The translations under genes were made by a program, and so were the position numbers. From Nemertoderma westbladi (Eukaryota; Animalia; Xenacoelomorpha), in contig JAUCBJ010003518.1 in assembly GCA_032718475.1 (NCBI GenBank), forward strand, positions 1 through 43,852: DNA of 43,852 nucleotides, read 5' to 3'. Positions 38,306-43,852 of the stretch are shown here, piece after piece (the first letter of the stretch is position 1; each line of letters begins with the position of its first letter). The notes under the pieces were generated by a model, which was not told the DNA's origin, did not search any database, and was given only the letters and a program-made list of their open reading frames with translations.

Positions 38306-40480
38306 TTTATTTTGTAACAATATATCACTCTATCTTTTATTAAAGAATTAAGTCACAATAAAGTACCAAATTAAGAATAAAATTACGTAGGCCTATATTA
38401 CATAGGGGAAAAAAAACTTAAGAACATATAAGCCGTGAAGTTTATAACTGGTCTTGCTTTCCCATGTAATAAATAAATTAGTTTTATCATGGCCATTCAA
38501 TTCCACTACAATTCCGATTTTATTACCGATTTTAAAATATTATTACATTTTTAAAAAATGTTGTTTATAGGCCTACTACAGTATGATTCTTCCGCAAATA
38601 TATTTATTACATCGTCCCAATAAATCATATCAAACTTCCCGTTTCTCTACTGTATACTTAATAAATCCAAACTACTTAAACGATCTTGTAATTGTAAATA
38701 ATAGTAAATAATAGCATTGTTGTTGCAAGTGGCAAGCCCTGGGTGATTTAATAATAAAATGGTTTTGTAAGTGTTTTATTCCATCAAAAGGCCCAATAAA
38801 ATAATTAATTTTTTTTTTAATTATTTAATTAATTCTAATCCCCCCCCCCCCCCACCCTCGGTATGCCTCTGTTAAGCATACATAGTATGAAATACAGACA
38901 CAGGGTGTATAATGACAAAGTATGAATGAATCGAGCTAATACTGTAGTTTCAGATTCGCAGGTAGAATTTAATGTGACGTCAACATATGATCAGATGATG
39001 GTAGTCATAAATCGAGTATATTTTTCTTCCCGGAAGAGTTATTCTCACCAAGCTTGGAAAGAGATGTTGGCAGAAACGCAACCACACTATCTACTGTATT
39101 ACGGTAAATAATCGCCCTTTGCGCAATTTATCAAAGGCATCATTAACTGATATCAACCATAACCTGCCTGCCTGATCACAATCATATAGTAATGTTTAGA
39201 TTGAATAAGCGCGATGCATCCGTCCAGGCGAAATATATGTGATGTTCATAATGGGAATTCCACAGAGGATCGAGTGCATCAATGATCTAATTTATACTGA
39301 AGGTACCTGTAGAGTGTAGACTACTGGACTATGCCTATAGGTTATAGGTATTTCAGCAATAACTATTGCGTTTTGGATTACAATTAATTACATCCATACA
39401 GACAAACAGGCATACAAACAGACAACAACCCAAACCGCAATGATAATTACCTTTGCAGGCATTTCATAAATGTGCCGTATGTTTTTGTCTGTTTTTGTGT
39501 GTTTTTGTATGTTTTTGTGTGTTTTTGTGTGTTTTTGTGAGTTTTTGTGTGTTTTTGTGTGTTTTTGTGTGTTTTTGTGAGTTTTTGTGTGTTTTTGGTG
39601 TAAATAGACGTCCCCTAAAAAACCTAGGTTTTTTCCACCCCTGCTTAATTAACAATGGCTGAATGGCTACCGGCTGACCGCTGGCAGCTGGCAGGCTGGA
39701 CCGGTACCGTCTGACCGTACCGGTAATGGTGTAACGTTTGACGTTGTACCAATTCTGATAGTAGACGTTAAGTTAGGGGGAGGGAGGGGGGGCAGAGCAT
39801 GCAGAGGCTGAGGCTGAGGCAGAGGCTTACACCTTACACGGCGAACCGAGTTTCCAACCGGTGATGGTTACAGTGATAATCCTAAATCCTAGGTCTACCT
39901 ACTCATTACAGCAATAGTCCATACTCAGATACTCTGTACTCCATACAGCAGTACGCAGTACGAGTACAGGCTGACAGGACGGTATAGTCAGATAGTATAG
40001 TAAGGATAGCTGAAGTAATCATGATGGAATTGGAATTGTTTATTGACATCAAAATACAGTAAAAATATTAAAAACATAGGCAATACGTTAAACGTTACAC
40101 ACAACAGTACAATCGAAACTGAAACAAGTATTTACAAATTTATTCATTATTTATAATTAATTACAGTAGGCCTACACTGTAGAATATTCGGTTTTATCGT
40201 TTGAGATATTAGATTACGGTAAGGTGTAGCTGTAGGACTTTAAAATTATGGTATAGTATACTAAAAACAATAGATGAGAAACGGTTTGGTTTGAACAAAT
40301 AAGTTTTTATGGGAGTGCACACTAAAAAGAATCATGATGATGTAGATGTGGATATAATTACAAATATTAAAAAAAGGGGAACATACAGGCGCATAGGAAG
40401 CACAAGGAGGCGCACAGGGAGCATACATACGGGCGCGGAATGATAACGGTTAATGGTACAGAGCAAAAGATAATGATGTC

Positions 40481-40525
40481 GGGGATAACCTCATGAGACA
40501 TAGTCTCGTTTCCATGGGGGTCCCC
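40481..40525 (-). promoter_or_regulatory. LINE 3' UTR stem-loop (candidate ORF2 recognition element)
   Basis: GGGGA..TCCCC outer stem with inner GAGAC/GTCTC. 3' stem-loops are established recognition elements in L2-group LINEs; function here is inferred. Confidence 0.55.
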
Positions 40526-40666
40526 TGGCTATGCAGTGAATCGATCTGGCTATAAAATCATTATTGAAACTTAATAAAAAAATGAAAAATAAAAAATAAA
40601 AAAAAAATACAGAACACGGTTACGATACGATTAAAAAAAAAAGAATGAGAGTTTTTGTAGGCATGG

Positions 40667-43600
40667 TTAAAAAGAATAGATGCATTGTTCTCGGGAGGAT
40701 AAAAGGCTAAGTAAGTGGGTCTTTACTTTGTGTTTAAAGGATTCTACTGTGGTTAATTGTTTTATTTCGTTCGGGAGTTTATTCCACAGGAAGGGTCCTA
40801 AGTAGGAGAAGGCGTGCGTGGCAGTTTTAGTTTTTTTCCGAGGAATGGTGGCGTGCGCTATGGAGGACCGTGAACGATCGGAGAGGTAGCTAAAAGTTAC
40901 AAGGGACTGGAGGTAGATGGGCGCGGTTTTCCTGTATACTTTAAACATGTGGGTCAGGATGGTATGATGGACCCGCTCGGTGATAGGGAGCCAGTTTATT
41001 CGGATGAAGTGGGTAGAGTCGATGTGGGTGCGCGAGTCGAGATCGAGACAGAAACGGATACACTTCCGTTGGAGTGCGTCGATGCGGTTACGGAGGCGGC
41101 TGGCGGCGCTCAGATACCAAACCGGGGCAGAGGAGTCGATGATCGGCTGGATTAGGGCGTTACATAGAGTACGCCGTAGTGGTTTGTCGAGTACTTGCGA
41201 GTTTCTGTGGAGGAATTTCAGGCAAGCATTTCCTCTGCGTATGATGGTTTGGGCCGAGTCGGCGCCCGAAAGAGTAGCATCGAGGGAGCAGCCCAAGTAA
41301 TTCACCGTTTCTGAGGTGTCAAGACGTGCGGATCCGAAGGTTACCGAGAAACTACCCGATGTGGCTAGGCGGTGGTGTGAACCAAAAAGCATGACCTCGA
41401 ACTTGTCGGGGTGAATGCTAAGGCGGTTATCGACAGCCCAGGCATTTACCCTGGTCAATGTTTCCGAGAGTGACGTTTCGATTTCCTTTAAGTTGTGTCC
41501 AGTTTTGAGGATATTTGTATCGTCGACATATTTCAGTGCCACCGTGAGATTTTGGCTGTTGGTGTTGGCGACGTGGTGGGTGACCTCCGTTGAGAGGGGA
41601 ACGGAACCCGGAGGGGTCGTCACGGGTGCCACCGAACCTGGGTAGTCCACGGGGATCGCCACTGAACCTTGGGAGTCCGCGGGGAGAGCCACTGAACCTT
41701 GGGAGTCCGCGGGGAGCGCCAACGAACCTTGGGAGTCCACAGGGAGCGCCACCGAACCTGGGTGGTCCGCGGGGAGCGCCACCGAATTTTGGGAGTCCAT
41801 GGGGAGCGCCACCGAACCTTGGGAGTCTGCGGGGAGTGCCACCGAACCTTGGGAGCCCGCGGGGAGCGCCAACGAACATTGGGAGTCCGCAGGGAGCACC
41901 ACCGAACCTGGGTGGTTCGCGGGGAGTGCCACCAAACTTTGGGTGTCCGCGGGGAGTGCCACCGAAACTTGGGAGTCCGCGGGGAGCGCCAACGAACCTT
42001 GGGGGGCCGCAGGGAGTGCCACCGAACCTGGAGAGGCCTCAGGGAGCGCCACCGAATCTGGGGAGGCCGCAGGGAGCGCCACCAAAACCGGAGAGGCTGC
42101 AGGGAGCGCCACCATACCTGGAGATGCCGCAGGGAGCGCCACCGAACCTTGGGGGTCCGCGGGGGGCGCCACCGTACCGGGAGATGCCGCAGGGAGCGCC
42201 ACCAAACCTTGGGAGTCCGCGGGGAGAGCAACCTTACCTGGAGATGCTGCAGGGAGCGCCAACGAACCTTGGGAATCCGCGGGGAGCGCCACCGAACCTG
42301 GAGATGCCGCAGGGAGCGCCACCAAACCTGGAGAGGCCGCAGGGAGCACCACCGAACCTGGAGAAGCTGTGGGGGGCATCAACGAAACCGTTTGGGTCGG
42401 GGTACAGTTAGTGGGAACGAGAGCTAGATCGAAGTCGTTGATATAGATTAAGAACAGTAAAACAGCTAGGAGAGCTCCTTGGGGGGTGCCGCACGTGATA
42501 TCAAGTGTTTTTGATGTGGAGTTTCCGATTTGAACATATTGTGATCTTCCTGACAAGTAGGAGCGGAACCAATTTATGGTGTGTTGGTTGAGTCCGATGC
42601 ACTTTAGCTTATGTAGGAGGATGTCGTGCTGCACGGTGTCGTAGGCTTTTCTAATATCTATGGCAACCATTCCTACTAACATTCCTTTGTCGTTTGCATT
42701 TCGGATGAGGTCGTCGAGGTGGATGAGGCAGGTTTGTACTGAGTGGCCGGTCCGGGCGCCGGATTGGAGATCGTCGAGTATATGGTTGGTTACTATGTAG
42801 CTTTTGAATTGTTCGAAGATAACCTTTTCTAGGACTTTGGAGGCAGTTGGAAGCAGCGAAATGGGGCGGTAGTGATCACGGACAATGCGGGGGCCTTTTT
42901 TGAAGATTGGATTGACTTTGGCGAGTTTATAATCGGTGGGGAAGATTGCTGAGGTAATTGATGAGTTTATAATGTGGGTAAGGTGGTCAGTTAAGATCGG
43001 GCTTCCATCCTTAAGTATTCTTGGGCTGATCGAGTCGGGTCCACTGGCCTTGGTGGTATCTAGGTTTGTGAGAATGTCAAATACGATCTGTCTATCGACT
43101 GTTTGGAGGGAGAAACTGTCTTTTTTAATTCCTTTCAGGGCATAGAACTGCTCGACTGCGGGGCCGTTGTAGATGTTGCTGGGAGATGGGAGTTTGTCTA
43201 CCAATGTCTTTGAGATATTTGTGAATAAGGAGTTCAGAACATTGGCAATGTCGGTGGGGTCTGTAAGGAGGGCTCCATTATTTTCAATAGCTGATATTAT
43301 GGTAGACGACTTCGCTCTTTTCGTGGGCGCTCCGAGTGTCTTTAGGGTTTTCCAGAGGACTTTACTGTTTGTTTTGTTGGAGTCGAGGACGTTTTTGATG
43401 TAGGTGGATTTGGCTGATCTGAGTTTGTGTGTTGCCTCGTTCCTCAATTGTTTATAGTTGTCATAGTTACTTGGGCTTCGGTGCTCATGGAATTTTAGGA
43501 GTGCTTTGTTTCTATCCTGGATGATTGTTATGATGTCGGCGGTCATCCAAGGTTCGGAAAAATGTTTAACTCTGACGCAGCGATGTGGTGCGATTTTATC

Positions 43601-43852
43601 GAGGATACGGGTGAGTTCAGTAGTTAGTAAATGAGCACCTGTTGTTGGGTTTGCTGTACGTAGGATTGAAGGCAGGATATGGCTGGTGTCGAGGTTGCTA
43701 AGGAGTATATCTGCAGTGTATCCTTTATAAGATCGGCATGATCGGCTGGTGTGTTGGTTAGGACGTGGTAGTTTCGGACGGCTGCGGGACACAAATACCA
43801 TGCAGTGGTCACTGAGTCCTGACTTGATTACTCCACTGTCACGTATAAATTC
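40667..43852 (-). CDS. LINE ORF2 (end of APE endonuclease plus reverse transcriptase), N-terminally incomplete, with a large in-frame repeat insertion
   Basis: The frame is open upstream of the annotated ATG to the window edge (EFIRDSGVIKSGLSDHCMVF; SDH is the APE C-terminal motif). RT motifs: KASGPD, PIFKKG, YRPISLL, DIRKAYD, GTPQG, YVDD, YLG, LWNKLP. Confidence 0.93.
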   Translation of the reverse strand, partial: EFIRDSGVIKSGLSDHCMVFVSRSRPKLPRPNQHTSRSCRSYKGYTADILLSNLDTSHILPSILRTANPTTGAHLLTTELTRILDKIAPHRCVRVKHFSEPWMTADIITIIQDRNKALLKFHEHRSPSNYDNYKQLRNEATHKLRSAKSTYIKNVLDSNKTNSKVLWKTLKTLGAPTKRAKSSTIISAIENNGALLTDPTDIANVLNSLFTNISKTLVDKLPSPSNIYNGPAVEQFYALKGIKKDSFSLQTVDRQIVFDILTNLDTTKASGPDSISPRILKDGSPILTDHLTHIINSSITSAIFPTDYKLAKVNPIFKKGPRIVRDHYRPISLLPTASKVLEKVIFEQFKSYIVTNHILDDLQSGARTGHSVQTCLIHLDDLIRNANDKGMLVGMVAIDIRKAYDTVQHDILLHKLKCIGLNQHTINWFRSYLSGRSQYVQIGNSTSKTLDITCGTPQGALLAVLLFLIYINDFDLALVPTNCTPTQTVSLMPPTASPGSVVLPAASPGLVALPAASPGSVALPADSQGSLALPAASPGKVALPADSQGLVALPAASPGTVAPPADPQGSVALPAASPGMVALPAASPVLVALPAASPDSVALPEASPGSVALPAAPQGSLALPADSQVSVALPADTQSLVALPANHPGSVVLPADSQCSLALPAGSQGSVALPADSQGSVALPMDSQNSVALPADHPGSVALPVDSQGSLALPADSQGSVALPADSQGSVAIPVDYPGSVAPVTTPPGSVPLSTEVTHHVANTNSQNLTVALKYVDDTNILKTGHNLKEIETSLSETLTRVNAWAVDNRLSIHPDKFEVMLFGSHHRLATSGSFSVTFGSARLDTSETVNYLGCSLDATLSGADSAQTIIRRGNACLKFLHRNSQVLDKPLRRTLCNALIQPIIDSSAPVWYLSAASRLRNRIDALQRKCIRFCLDLDSRTHIDSTHFIRINWLPITERVHHTILTHMFKVYRKTAPIYLQSLVTFSYLSDRSRSSIAHATIPRKKTKTATHAFSYLGPFLWNKLPNEIKQLTTVESFKHKVKTHLLSLLSSREQCIYSF
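41621..42370. repeat. 30-bp GC-rich minisatellite, ~25 copies, encoding (GSVALPADSQ/PGSVALPAAS)n in LINE ORF2
   Basis: GCCACCGAACCT-type unit at exact 30-bp spacing from 41628 to 42348. Confidence 0.96.

Larger units (their letters stand above)
34882..39615. mobile_element. Foldback/MULE-like non-autonomous element with ~620-650-bp TIRs and 9-bp TSD
   Basis: Ends GGGGACGTCTATTTACACC / GGTGTAAATAGACGTCCCC; TSD TAAAAAACC at 34873-34881 and 39616-39624; left arm 34882-35147 plus 36904-37259 matches right arm 38967-39615; 10-bp subterminal repeats AAAAACACAC. Confidence 0.92.
33761..39643. mobile_element. Non-autonomous hAT-like element (8-bp TSD) hosting nested insertions
   Basis: CTTAATTA at 33753-33760 and 39644-39651; left end CAGG[cagacagg]GCTGGCAAA vs right-end reverse complement CAGGGGTGGAAAA; subterminal CCTAGGTTTTTT-type motifs at both ends; no transposase ORF. 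Confidence 0.7.
40026..43852 (-). mobile_element. L2-group (Crack-like) LINE, 3' end complete, running off the window at its 5' side
   Basis: ORF2 with RT; ~640-bp 3' UTR with a stem-loop at 40481-40525; minus-strand AATAAA at 40044-40039 followed by a short (CAATTC)2 tail. The clade assignment is from recalled similarity only. Confidence 0.85.

Noticed and set aside
37249-38328. Hydrophobic F/V/C/L-rich ORFs
   Set aside because: Open in several frames because the 10-bp A/C repeat lacks stops on the minus strand.
38926-39111. Peptide FNVTSTYDQMMVV..PHYLLY present twice (also 37124-37378 minus)
   Set aside because: Simply the two arms of the foldback TIR; no family recognised, although a captured fragment cannot be excluded.
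41427-42446. Multiple overlapping ORFs across the 30-bp repeat; intein or intron explanation for the RT insert
   Set aside because: The GC-rich unit with length divisible by 3 explains the open frames. I see no intein terminal residues (C/S..HN) and no convincing splice sites at the insert borders.

Overview
Repeat-dense animal (probably invertebrate) genomic DNA; the taxon cannot be determined from this window. There is one convincing host gene: a TGF-beta-superfamily type I receptor Ser/Thr kinase with an uninterrupted coding region (28823-30520, minus strand). Its stop codon lies only about 90 bp from a 21.5-kb 32/33-bp satellite with visible higher-order duplications (7202-28732). The rest comprises four non-LTR retrotransposon copies, several minisatellites (12, 42, 73, 74, 30 and 10 bp units) and a nested stack of non-autonomous DNA transposons with identifiable 8-bp and 9-bp target-site duplications (33761-39643). 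Three of the retrotransposon copies are decayed; the fourth has an open ORF2 with a ~285-aa in-frame repeat insertion inside the RT core. The most unusual signal is a recurring 8-bp scar, a 5-bp direct repeat flanking CAG or CTG, seen at least 19 times in 32.6-40.0 kb. Comparison of inverted-repeat arms shows that these scars are insertions. They resemble excision footprints of a cut-and-paste element combining a 5-bp TSD with Tc1-like CAG..CTG ends, and they occur alongside classic TA-CWG-TA footprints and TAGGCCTA palindromes. All counts and alignments were made by eye.
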